The translations under genes and the position numbers were made by a program. A stretch of 64,000 nucleotides of DNA, from NCBI GenBank assembly GCA_963835065.1, contig CAWIEK010000041.1:64001-128000 (forward strand), written 5' to 3'. Below are positions 50,889-60,078 of the stretch, in pieces. The stretch's first letter is position 1. The number at the start of each line of letters is the position of its first letter. The notes beneath the pieces are model-generated. The model did no database searches, was not told the origin of the DNA, and was given only the letters and a program-made list of their open reading frames with translations. Source of the DNA: an uncultured Chthonomonadaceae bacterium (GTDB lineage: Bacteria; Armatimonadota; Chthonomonadetes; Chthonomonadales; Chthonomonadaceae).

Positions 50889-51150
50889 ACGACACTCCGA
50901 AAACAAATTTGAACCACAGAGACACAGAGACACAGAGGGTTCACAGAGAAAGCCACGAGAGGGTTAAGAGAAGTTTACACATTTCACAGGGAAATACCTG
51001 CCTGAGACAGCGCAACGCGCAAATATCTTTCAAATTTTTCTATCTTCGTCAGTTTCGCATATTTCGCGGTTCCCATCTCCTTTTCTTCTCTTCTTCTTTT
51101 CTTCTTTTCTTCCCCTCTGTGACCCCTCTGTGTCTCTGTGTCTCTGTGGT

Positions 51151-52692
51151 TCAAACTTTTTCATAAACGGCGCGGAGGCGTTGCAGTACCCGGTCCCGGC
51201 CCATCGCTTCCAGAGTTTCGTACAGTCCCGGCCCACTGGTGCGGCCTGTTGTCGCTACCCGCGTGGGATGAACAACGTCGGCGTGTTTCAAGCCCAATGC
51301 TTCCACGATTTGATGCGTGGCGCTTGAAAGGTTTTCGGTTGTCCATTCGGGCAGCGCCTCGAACGCGCTTATTTCCTGTTCCAGCATGGATTTCAGGTAG
51401 GGAACGCCAAACCATTTGGCCGTCGCTTTCGGATCGTAGCCAGTCGGATAATCCAACTCCTCAAAAAAGAAGCCGACCAGATCAACCACTTCCGACAGCA
51501 TCTTCATGCGCTCCAGTTCGAGGGGAATCACCCGGCGCACATAATCCAGCACTTCGATGCGGTATTTTTCCTTACGCGCTTCCCACTGCTTGTCGGTTTC
51601 CAGTTCCTCCTGGCGCGGTTCGGGCGGGACAAGGCCGGCCTGGCGCAGATACGGCAGGCACAGGCCGATGATGCGCCCCGGTTCCGACTGCCGAATATAA
51701 TGCCCGTTCATCCACCTCAGTTTCTCGTAATCGAACACGGCGGGGCTGTCCGCAATGCCGGACAGGGAAAACCTCTCGATGAGTTCCGGGATGGAAAACA
51801 GTTCACGGTTTTCGTCGCCCGCCGACCAGCCGAGCAGGACGATAAAGTTAATCAGCGCTTCCGGCAGATAACCGGCTTCCATGAACGCCTTTACCTGCGT
51901 GGAGCCGTGCCGCTTGGCGAGTTTCTTTTTGTCTGTGCCGACAATCACGGGCAGGTGCGCAAACTTGGGCTTGTCCCACCCGAACACTTCGTACAGGTAC
52001 AGCATTTTGGGCGCTGAAGGCAGCCACTCCTCGCCGCGCAGGATGTGGGTGATACGCATCAAATGATCGTCAACCGTGCAGGCTAGAAAGTACGTGGGAA
52101 AGCCGTCGGATTTGAGCAGAACCTGATCGTCCTGCAATTTGTACTCAAAATGGATTTCGCCGCGTATTTCGTCATGCAGAAGGCAGATTCCGTCAAGCGG
52201 CATGGCAAGGCGCACCACGCTGGACGGTTCCGCGCCTTCCTTTTCCAATCGTTCCAGGCGCATGCGCTCACGGGCTTCCGCATTGCGGCAATGGCGGTCA
52301 TAGCCCGTCGGCAGGTTACGCGCCTGCTGTTGGGTTCGCAGCAAGTCCAGGCGCTCTTTGGTGCAGTAGCAGCGGTACGCATGGCCCTCGGCAATCAGTT
52401 TTTCGGCATGTTCCAGATAGATAGGAAGGCGCTGCGACTGCACATACGGCCCCGACGCGCCGCCGATAAACCAGCCTTCATCCGGCATGGTTCCCGCGTA
52501 ATGAAAACTCTCTTCCAACTCATACGCGCTTTCCGGCACATAGCGGCCCGGCGTCCGGTCGGTATCTTCCAGGCGCACCAAGAACTGGCCGCCTTCCCGC
52601 CGCGCCAGCAGCCAGTTATAAACCGCCGTGCGCAGCCCGCCAACGTGCGGCGAACCGGTCGGCGACGGCGCATAACGAACACGAACAGGCAT
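51151..52692 (-). CDS. gltX: Glutamate-tRNA ligase, intact copy
   Basis: [13 protein letters not shown] (HIGH), RLEDTD, YRCYC, RGEEW, KKLAKR (KMSKS-like). Confidence 0.96.
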   Translation of the reverse strand: MPVRVRYAPSPTGSPHVGGLRTAVYNWLLARREGGQFLVRLEDTDRTPGRYVPESAYELEESFHYAGTMPDEGWFIGGASGPYVQSQRLPIYLEHAEKLIAEGHAYRCYCTKERLDLLRTQQQARNLPTGYDRHCRNAEARERMRLERLEKEGAEPSSVVRLAMPLDGICLLHDEIRGEIHFEYKLQDDQVLLKSDGFPTYFLACTVDDHLMRITHILRGEEWLPSAPKMLYLYEVFGWDKPKFAHLPVIVGTDKKKLAKRHGSTQVKAFMEAGYLPEALINFIVLLGWSAGDENRELFSIPELIERFSLSGIADSPAVFDYEKLRWMNGHYIRQSEPGRIIGLCLPYLRQAGLVPPEPRQEELETDKQWEARKEKYRIEVLDYVRRVIPLELERMKMLSEVVDLVGFFFEELDYPTGYDPKATAKWFGVPYLKSMLEQEISAFEALPEWTTENLSSATHQIVEALGLKHADVVHPTRVATTGRTSGPGLYETLEAMGRDRVLQRLRAVYEKV

Positions 52693-52769
52693 AACACCCT
52701 CCAACCCTTCAAAAACAGAATAATCTATTATGGCATAGACAGCGCCGAAGTGGGAAACGTTGGCAATTC

Positions 52770-53450
52770 TCAATCTATGGAGGAGTCATACGCGCGGCAT
52801 TGCTCCGCGCCTCTTCGGGGCATATACACATCTATCAAATTCTCAACCGGCGCATAATCACTGTCTGTAGTCAAAATAGCATCCGCGCCTATTGTGAGCG
52901 CGAAATTGGCAATCATTGTGTCTGTGGGAGCCATTCCTGTATTTTGCATCAGCAGCCCAACCGCGCTCCAATCAATGACGTTCGCAGAAGGTATCGTGGC
53001 ATAGTTGATGCTCGCTTGGTATTCGAGCAGTTGAACTTCCTGCCAAACATCTTTGGTCATTGCATCCAGAAGCACACTCGTGTCGCCATGCCGCGAATGG
53101 TCTTTATAAATGCGCTCGTAGGTACTGTTTAGATTTTGAAGCGTCAGCGGTTGTGTGCGGATGTTGGTTGCTAATCGGAAGCGGGCTTCCAGGGTAAATC
53201 GCTGCTGAGGTCAAGGATTGCATCAATTAACAGGCTTTTTCGAACCAGTTTGAGAAACTCTTGGCGCGCGACTGCGTTCAGCCGAAACCGGGTATTGTTG
53301 GCAATCGCCTGCTGATGAAAGGCAAAAACAGTCAGAAAGTTTTCTTCATTGGAATCCGACAAGTCTTGCAGATAGGAGGTATCCACCACAGCAAGTTTAT
53401 TTGCCAGGCGGGTCGGTGAGTTGAGAACTCTCGTAGGTGTAGATTGGCAT
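52770..53450 (-). CDS. PIN-domain protein (two frameshifts, near 53425 and 53190)
   Basis: AVVDTSYL, RQEF and DTMIANFA...AILTTDSDY acidic PIN motifs across three frames. Confidence 0.7.
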
Positions 53451-53482
53451 GAAAAGGAGAAAGAACAAAGACGACAAGCAAC

Positions 53483-53698
53483 CTACTCGTCGTCTTTGGA
53501 AAGCAGGTGCAGTTTGGAAAAAACAGGATGATCGGTTATATACTCCCGATAAGCCTGAGCGTCAAAATGATTGGGCGCGTCATTGACAGATTGCCGCGCC
53601 TCTTCTGCGGCTTGTGGATTATACAGCCTCTGCTTCATCTGGCGCAGCGCTTCTGCACGTTGTTGTTCCCTGATAGAGGGGGGTAAAATTGTTGCCAT
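53483..53698 (-). CDS. 71-aa protein upstream of the PIN gene, putative antitoxin
   Basis: GAGGA RBS; small helical protein directly upstream of the PIN gene. Confidence 0.6.
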   Translation of the reverse strand: MATILPPSIREQQRAEALRQMKQRLYNPQAAEEARQSVNDAPNHFDAQAYREYITDHPVFSKLHLLSKDDE

Positions 53699-53807
53699 CG
53701 GTAGTCCTCATTCTTATATACAAACAGTTTTGGAAATATTTCGTTCCGCTAAACCCATATCAAATGGAGGTTGTTTTAAACTGTGATGCCCACAAACTGT
53801 GTAGATT

Positions 53808-53836
53808 ATTATATCGGTATAGCCGTCCTTTGTCAA
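53808..53836 (-). promoter_or_regulatory. Perfect consensus sigma70 promoter TTGACA-17-TATAAT
   Basis: Minus strand reads ttgaca aaggacggctataccga tataat. Confidence 0.85.
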
Positions 53837-54192
53837 GAACAGTAGCTCTCTAGCCTCAGCCTAACACTGTGGGAATTAGAAGGCGGCATTCCCGTAAGTT
53901 GCGGTTCCCAACGTAGATACATCAAACTTCATTTGAAGCAAAGCGCCTTTATAATTTGGAAGGAATTCGAGTGTCTCGGAATGAATACTACACCAGACAA
54001 ACAAGCTGCCAAATACCTTGCACATGATGAAGGCAAAGCATATCTTTTAGAAGATATGACTACTCCCCTTGACGTAACTCCAAATACGGCTTCCGCGTAA
54101 CCGTTTTCGCGCAGAGCCTCTTGTGCTTCACCTATGTATTAGGCGTGTCCTTTCTTCTAAATGAGACGGCTCAATTGCGAAAGGATATTGTA

Positions 54193-55263
54193 ATGGAACC
54201 TGCGGAAAGTCCTGGCATGCCTGCATCAAGCGCGGATGAAGAACTGGCAAGTCAATCGAATGAACAGTTGCTGCAAAGACTTACGCAGTCGGTAGAAATG
54301 CGTCGCCGCCACCGCAACAAGCAAAAAGTGGTTTACGGGGGGTATTTTCTCGTTTGCGGTGTGGTCGGGATTCTACTGGCTTTCGCGCCCCTCTTTGATG
54401 TCGCGCGTCCCTTCCCACTTGCCATGCATCTTTCTTTCCTCGTTTTTGCAGTTGCGTTCATGGGGTTTGTCAACTGGTATAATCGGTCGTTTTACCGGCG
54501 AACAGCGCAGCAGCGCGATACCGTCGTTCAGGAATTGGCGCGGCGCGGTGAAGAGCGCGCGCTTGGCCCTCTGCTGGAACTGATGGACATGCGGATGAGC
54601 GTCAGCAGCAAGAATTGGGGACCAAGCCGCGCCGTCTTTATCGAATCGCTTGAGCGGCTATTGAATAATTTAGCGCCCGCCGCCTTTTCCGATCTGTCCG
54701 ACGCGCAAATTCATCAACTGACGCCCTTGCTGCTGCTGCCGGAGCCGGAACTGCGACACATAATCGGCGGTATGCTGTGCCGAAGCGGAGATACGCGGGC
54801 ATTGCGCGCCCTGCGTAAATACGAGAACATGTACCGGGTACAGCGCTTGCAGAAGTTTAACCCGGCGATGCCCGTAATGCTGGCGTGGCTGCGCCGGCGC
54901 AAAATGCCTACGCTGGACAAAGAAGCGATTGCGGAAGTGAAGCGCTGCTGCGGGGAAATAGAACCCCGCGTGGAAGCGGAAAAGCGCATGGCGCAACTGC
55001 TGCGCGCATCAGAAAGCGGAACCGAACAACCTGCCAACCAATTGCTGCGCGGCGCAATGCTCGGTGCGGTGTCTGTGCCTGCCGAGCAACTGCTGCGACC
55101 TGATACAACCCCCGCAATGGATAACAAACACAACGAGGAACCAGCCCGCAACGCCGCTGAAATCGAAATAGCCAGCGCTGTCAATGGCAGTACGCTTCCC
55201 GAAACGACCTATGCACAGCCACAACCTACAGAGGATCAAGAGGTGAAACTAATCGGAAATTGA
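54193..55263 (+). CDS. 2-TM + HEAT-like helical protein with C-terminal LLR repeats
   Basis: Two TM helices; RALGPLLE, GDTRALRAL, QLLRAS..QLLRG..EQLLRP. Confidence 0.75.
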   Translation: MEPAESPGMPASSADEELASQSNEQLLQRLTQSVEMRRRHRNKQKVVYGGYFLVCGVVGILLAFAPLFDVARPFPLAMHLSFLVFAVAFMGFVNWYNRSFYRRTAQQRDTVVQELARRGEERALGPLLELMDMRMSVSSKNWGPSRAVFIESLERLLNNLAPAAFSDLSDAQIHQLTPLLLLPEPELRHIIGGMLCRSGDTRALRALRKYENMYRVQRLQKFNPAMPVMLAWLRRRKMPTLDKEAIAEVKRCCGEIEPRVEAEKRMAQLLRASESGTEQPANQLLRGAMLGAVSVPAEQLLRPDTTPAMDNKHNEEPARNAAEIEIASAVNGSTLPETTYAQPQPTEDQEVKLIGN

Positions 55264-55288
55264 TAGTGCCATGCCACGCAGTCAAACT

Positions 55289-55447
55289 TTTGTCGCGTTA
55301 CGCCGGAATGAATTCCTGCGCTGGAAAGTACGAGTGTCCTGCGGACACGATACTCTTTACACAAGTAGAGGCTCTGCACAACAGGTTATGTCCGCAGGAC
55401 ATTCGTTTTGTTTAGCGCAGGAATTCATTCCTGCGCAACGCGACAAA
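55289..55447. repeat. Long palindromic REP/MITE-like hairpin between convergent paralogs
   Basis: tttgtcgcgttacgccggaatgaattcctgcgct...tgtcctgcggaca / tgtccgcaggaca...agcgcaggaattcattcctgcgcaacgcgacaaa. Confidence 0.9.
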
Positions 55448-55449
55448 GA

Positions 55450-56298
55450 TTATACCGAGGTGTATTGATCTGCATTGGTGACGGCGCGCAGAAGCTGTTC
55501 CGGCGGTGGTTCCGAAACGATACCGGCGGGGTGGAGCAGTTGTTCCGGGGCAGGCGCGGGGGCTGTCGCGCCGCGCAGGAGGGTTTGACTTTTGGCTGTT
55601 GCCGCTTGCTGCGCGTGTAACATAGCCTGACAGCGCAGGGCGGTTGTTTGCAGGCGCGGCGAACGGGTTTGATCCTCCACTATGGCGCGGACGGCGGGCA
55701 GGGCGCGAACGTCACCGAACGTTTCCACAAAATCAAGAATAGCCAGTTGCAGGTCAATCTCGTCGCGCTTTTTCAGCGCGAGAATACGATGCAAACAACG
55801 CCGCTGCCGTTCCGTGAAAGCCGCCGAAACCTGCATTTGCGTTTGTACGCGCAGCAGGCGGGTCAGCGCGCCGGAAACGCTGTCCGGTATATCCCGCAGC
55901 CAGTAAATTTCCGCAAGCGGCCCGATAGCGCGCAAATCATAAGTTCCCGTCAAAAACTCCAATGCGCCCAGATAACACTGTCCCAGACTGAACCTCGCTC
56001 CATGGAATGATATAAGCACCGCCTCTCGAAAAAGCAACAGCACACCACCGAAAGCAGCTATCAAACAGCAAACCAGAAACAACCTGCTATAAAAGCCTTT
56101 AGGTATATGCTCACAAAAATGCATAAAAATAAATTGTAATATAATGCTAGCAATAAGTAGAATAGTACCTTTAATATTATCTTCTAATGAACGTTGAGCA
56201 GGCTTGTTGTTACAGCGGACACGATTATGTCCGCGTAGTATGTCGCGCCGCGCCTGCTGTATCCGCGCTTCCATTGTTTGGGGAGCAAACGATTTCAT
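55450..56298 (-). CDS. 2-TM + HEAT-like protein, same family as 54193..55263
   Basis: RAIGPLAE, ALTRLL, GDVRALPAV, TLLRG..EQLLH..EQLLRA. Confidence 0.72.
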   Translation of the reverse strand: MKSFAPQTMEARIQQARRDILRGHNRVRCNNKPAQRSLEDNIKGTILLIASIILQFIFMHFCEHIPKGFYSRLFLVCCLIAAFGGVLLLFREAVLISFHGARFSLGQCYLGALEFLTGTYDLRAIGPLAEIYWLRDIPDSVSGALTRLLRVQTQMQVSAAFTERQRRCLHRILALKKRDEIDLQLAILDFVETFGDVRALPAVRAIVEDQTRSPRLQTTALRCQAMLHAQQAATAKSQTLLRGATAPAPAPEQLLHPAGIVSEPPPEQLLRAVTNADQYTSV

Positions 56299-56310
56299 TT
56301 TTGTTTATAC

Positions 56311-56888
56311 GTGACAAGTTTGACGGAACCGTAGAAGTTGACGAAACATTCGTTGGCGGATTGGAGAAAAACAAACACAAAGAAAAGAAGTTAAAGGCAG
56401 GACGTGGTTCTGTCGGCAAAACAATTGTTATGGGCGTTTTGGAACGCGCAAAGACAGAGAAGGATATTAGCAAAATTCGGGTTGCTATTATTCCGAATAC
56501 CACACAGGGAACCTTGCACGGCGTTATCAAGCATAACGTTACGCTTGGAGCGGAAGTATTCACGGACGCGGCTAGAGGTTACAACGGCCTAAGCGAGATG
56601 TTCAAACATGACTTTGTAGACCATGCGATTGAATACGTAAAGGGGCGCGTACATACTAATAGCGTAGAGAACTTTTGGAATTTGCTAGATAGAGGGATTA
56701 GGGGAACTTATATCCGCCCGTCTGCCCAACATCTTTTACGCTATGTAGACGAACAGGCATTTCGATTTAATCATCGAAGCGGCACTGATTTAACTCGCTT
56801 TCTGCAAACAATTCGGCAGATAAGCGGCAAACGCTTGACGTATGAGGAACTGACGCAAGCGCATTTACAGAATATGGTTCCGAAATAA
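56311..56888 (+). mobile_element. 5'-truncated IS1595-family (ISXO2-like) DDE transposase
   Basis: GTVEVDETFVGG, VFTD...Y, VHTNSVENFW, HL.RY.DE..FRFN; no start codon or Zn ribbon, no terminal repeats seen. Confidence 0.88.
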
Positions 56889-56901
56889 AGGATAATATAA
56901 A

Positions 56902-57135
56902 ATGGATAACATTACACAATCTGAAAATTTGACACAAGAACAATTGAGGGATTATTTCATGGCATATAATACTCTTACTGACATTAGAGCGGCATTAGAA
57001 CGGGCTATCACCTTTGATGAACTAACAGGTGTTTTAGGGGAAAGCCGTAAAACTGCCAATTCCTTGCAAATTCAAGTTTATGAACTAATTGCGAAAGTTC
57101 AAATGCCAATTTGTAAGTTTGCATTACGCCCCTAA
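56902..57135 (+). CDS. Small hypothetical protein, probable IS passenger
   Basis: AAGGA RBS, AT-rich, follows the transposase stop. Confidence 0.5.
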   Translation: MDNITQSENLTQEQLRDYFMAYNTLTDIRAALERAITFDELTGVLGESRKTANSLQIQVYELIAKVQMPICKFALRP

Positions 57136-57529
57136 TGCAGTTCTCGTTCTTCTGCTTGTACAGATTTTTCACGCTTATCATTTCGCTCTTTATACCAAAG
57201 GTATCTTGTATACTTTTGATTGGTTAATGCTATTTCATTCTGGATAGTCGCATAGTATTGGAATATATACGTTGGTATAAACTGTATAGTTATAGCAGTT
57301 TCAGAAAAAGTAATTGGTCCAAATTTACGCGCTCGTGCCATTGCCGTGTTCTATTTTCCTGTTCGCCTGTTGTCTTGCCAGTGCAAACCTGCTCCAGTGC
57401 CGGGGATTGAAAATCCCCGGTATGCCCAATGATGTGAGCGCCCTCTCTTTTTTGCGCAGGAACACGAAATTATGCTGTAGAATAGTGTCGAGCATCCCTA
57501 ATACTGAGTAATAATGAGGAGATACGGTT

Positions 57530-59752
57530 TTGAGTAAACACAATCCTGCCGCGCGCAACAAATTCATTCTTGGCGCGCTTTCCGCCGCCTTTGTATCCGG
57601 CGGCTTTGCCGTCACGCTGAACGCGCCTTCCCATGCGCAAAACACCGCCAAAAGCCGGAACAGCAACAGCCAGAACAATCAGAACACGCCGTCCGGCTGC
57701 TGTGGAACTGCGCGGTTCGTGATTCCTGCTCCGCCCGATGCCAACGTATTCGCAACCTCGCGCGCTTCCGTTACCACTGTTGAGTTTGTGCAGCCGGGGC
57801 AGATTGATGAAGATACGATGGTCGGCGACGCGCTGCCCGCGAACTCGATGTGGCTCGAAGATTTGGATATTCGGCAGATGGAGCAGGGGTATGGCATGCC
57901 CATGCGCCGCCGCTCCGTAGACCGCAGCCCGATTCGGCTGCACAATCGCGCTTACGCGCACGGCGTGGGAACCCATGCCGTCAGTACGCTGCTGATTGAT
58001 CTCAAAGGCGCGGCCGCGCGATTTGAGTCTATGGTGGGCGTGGACGATGAAAAGACCGGCGCGGGTTCGGTCACGTTTGAAGTGTGGCTGGACGGCAAAA
58101 AAGTGGCCGATACGGGCGTGATGAAGGGCGGCGACCCGGCCAAACTGATTACCGTGGATTTAACGGGCGCGAAGAGAATGCTTCTGCGCGTCACCGATGC
58201 GGGCGACGGCATGGATAGCGATCACGCGGATTGGGCGGGCGCGCGGATTAAATTGGTGGAAGGCGCGACCCAAAAACCAGCCGTGATGACCGTTCCTGTG
58301 GACCCGCCGCGCATGGAAACGGAACTGGCGGATCCCAAACCGGCTATTCACGGCCCCCGCATCACGGGAGCCACACCCGGACACCCGTTCCTGTTCCTGA
58401 TTGCGGCAACGGGTGACGGCCCGCTCACCTATACAGCCAAAAACCTTCCTGCCGGGCTGAAACTGGACGCGCAAACCGGCATTATATCGGGCGCGTTGAA
58501 ACAGGACGGCATGACGGACGTGACTCTGACCGTTTCCGGCGCGATGGGCAAAGCGACTCGCAAACTGACCATTGTGGGCGGCAAAGATAAACTCGCGCTC
58601 ACGCCGCCAATGGGCTGGAACAGTTGGAACTGCTGGGCGGGCGCGGTGGACAGCGACAAAGTGAAAGCCGCCGCCGATGCCATGCTCCACAGCGGACTGG
58701 CGGGGCATGGCTTCCAGTACGTCAACATTGACGATACATGGGAAGCGGGCCGGAATGCAAGCGGCGAAATTGAAACCAACAAAAAATTCCCCGACATGAA
58801 AGCCCTGGCGGATTACGTTCACAGCAAGGGTTTGAAACTGGGCATTTACTCTTCCCCCGGCCCGCAAACCTGCGCGGGCTTCGAGGCCAGCTACAAGCAC
58901 GAGCAGCAGGACGCCAATACGTATGCGAAATGGGGCGTGGATTATCTCAAGTACGACTGGTGTTCTTATGGCGGCGTTGCGGACAAGCAAACCCTGCCCG
59001 AACTGGAAAAGCAGAAACTGCCTTATCGCGTCATGGGCGAGGCGTTGAGCAAGGTGGATCGGGATATTGTGTACAGCCTGTGCCAGTACGGCATGGCGGA
59101 CGTGTGGAAGTGGGGCGGCAGCGACGAGATCAAAGGCAACTGCTGGCGCACGACGGGCGACATCAACGACAGTTGGGGCAGCCTGCACGGGATTTATTCC
59201 AGCCAGAACGGGCACGAAAAGTTCGTCGGGCCGGGACATTGGAACGACCCGGATATGCTTGTCGTCGGCAAAGTGGGCTGGGGGCCGAGTCTGCACGAGT
59301 CGCGCCTGACGCCCAACGAGCAGATTCTGCACATTTCCATGTGGTGTATGCTGTCCTCGCCCCTGCTCATCGGCTGTGATATGTCGCAAATGTCGAAGTT
59401 TACGGTTGCCCTGCTGTCCAATGATGAGGTATTGGATATCAATCAAGACCCGTTGGGCAAACCGGCGGGGCGCGTCCTGCTCGACAGCGGCAAAGAAGTG
59501 TGGGCGCGTCCCCTTGCGGATGGCACAATGGCCGTCGGGCTGCTTAACAGCGGCGTGGAAGCGACGGAAGTAACGGCGAATTGGGCGGATTTGGGACTAA
59601 AGGGCAAGCAGCCCGTGCGCGACCTGTGGCTGCACAAAAACGCGGGGATGTACGAAGGCAAGTACGCCGTATCGGTTCCCGCGCACGGCTGCGTCCTGCT
59701 CAAAATCGGCAAGCCCGGCGCGATTAAGATGGAGAACCTGGCGCGGAAGTAG
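57530..59752 (+). CDS. Exported alpha-galactosidase GH27 with NPCBM and Ig-like domains
   Basis: HGVGTHA..S / DHADWA NPCBM; TPPMGWNSW, NIDDTW, DYLKYDWC, WRTTGDI, WNDPDML. Confidence 0.93.
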   Translation: MSKHNPAARNKFILGALSAAFVSGGFAVTLNAPSHAQNTAKSRNSNSQNNQNTPSGCCGTARFVIPAPPDANVFATSRASVTTVEFVQPGQIDEDTMVGDALPANSMWLEDLDIRQMEQGYGMPMRRRSVDRSPIRLHNRAYAHGVGTHAVSTLLIDLKGAAARFESMVGVDDEKTGAGSVTFEVWLDGKKVADTGVMKGGDPAKLITVDLTGAKRMLLRVTDAGDGMDSDHADWAGARIKLVEGATQKPAVMTVPVDPPRMETELADPKPAIHGPRITGATPGHPFLFLIAATGDGPLTYTAKNLPAGLKLDAQTGIISGALKQDGMTDVTLTVSGAMGKATRKLTIVGGKDKLALTPPMGWNSWNCWAGAVDSDKVKAAADAMLHSGLAGHGFQYVNIDDTWEAGRNASGEIETNKKFPDMKALADYVHSKGLKLGIYSSPGPQTCAGFEASYKHEQQDANTYAKWGVDYLKYDWCSYGGVADKQTLPELEKQKLPYRVMGEALSKVDRDIVYSLCQYGMADVWKWGGSDEIKGNCWRTTGDINDSWGSLHGIYSSQNGHEKFVGPGHWNDPDMLVVGKVGWGPSLHESRLTPNEQILHISMWCMLSSPLLIGCDMSQMSKFTVALLSNDEVLDINQDPLGKPAGRVLLDSGKEVWARPLADGTMAVGLLNSGVEATEVTANWADLGLKGKQPVRDLWLHKNAGMYEGKYAVSVPAHGCVLLKIGKPGAIKMENLARK

Positions 59753-59806
59753 GCTGCAGGAATACGCGCGTTTGAAAAAGCAGACAAGGAAGGGAACCTG
59801 GAAGGG

Positions 59807-59849
59807 ACCTGCCGCAAAATCCACTATTTTGCGGCAGGTTCTTTTGTTT
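59807..59849 (+). terminator. Rho-independent terminator
   Basis: 14-bp stem acctgccgcaaaat/attttgcggcaggt followed by tcttttgttt. Confidence 0.8.
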
Positions 59850-60078
59850 GACACGTCAAGAGTTGTTGTAAACCCGTGGAACTTCTATTATCGGGAACAA
59901 TTCATGTTGCTTTTGCGGTTATGGGGCGGTTTGAGGAAATCGAGGTGTAAACATAACAAGAAAAATGCGCAAAAACACGTATACCATACATAAAAATGGG
60001 TAAACTAATTGATATTCTATCCTCACAAGAACATGGTTTTTTGGAAACAACATTGATTCTAAATCTTTAAGGATTTTC

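Noticed and set aside
53846..54100. Open frame of about 85 codons in the AT-rich islet
   Set aside because: No start or RBS at its 5' end and no recognisable family; at most a remnant
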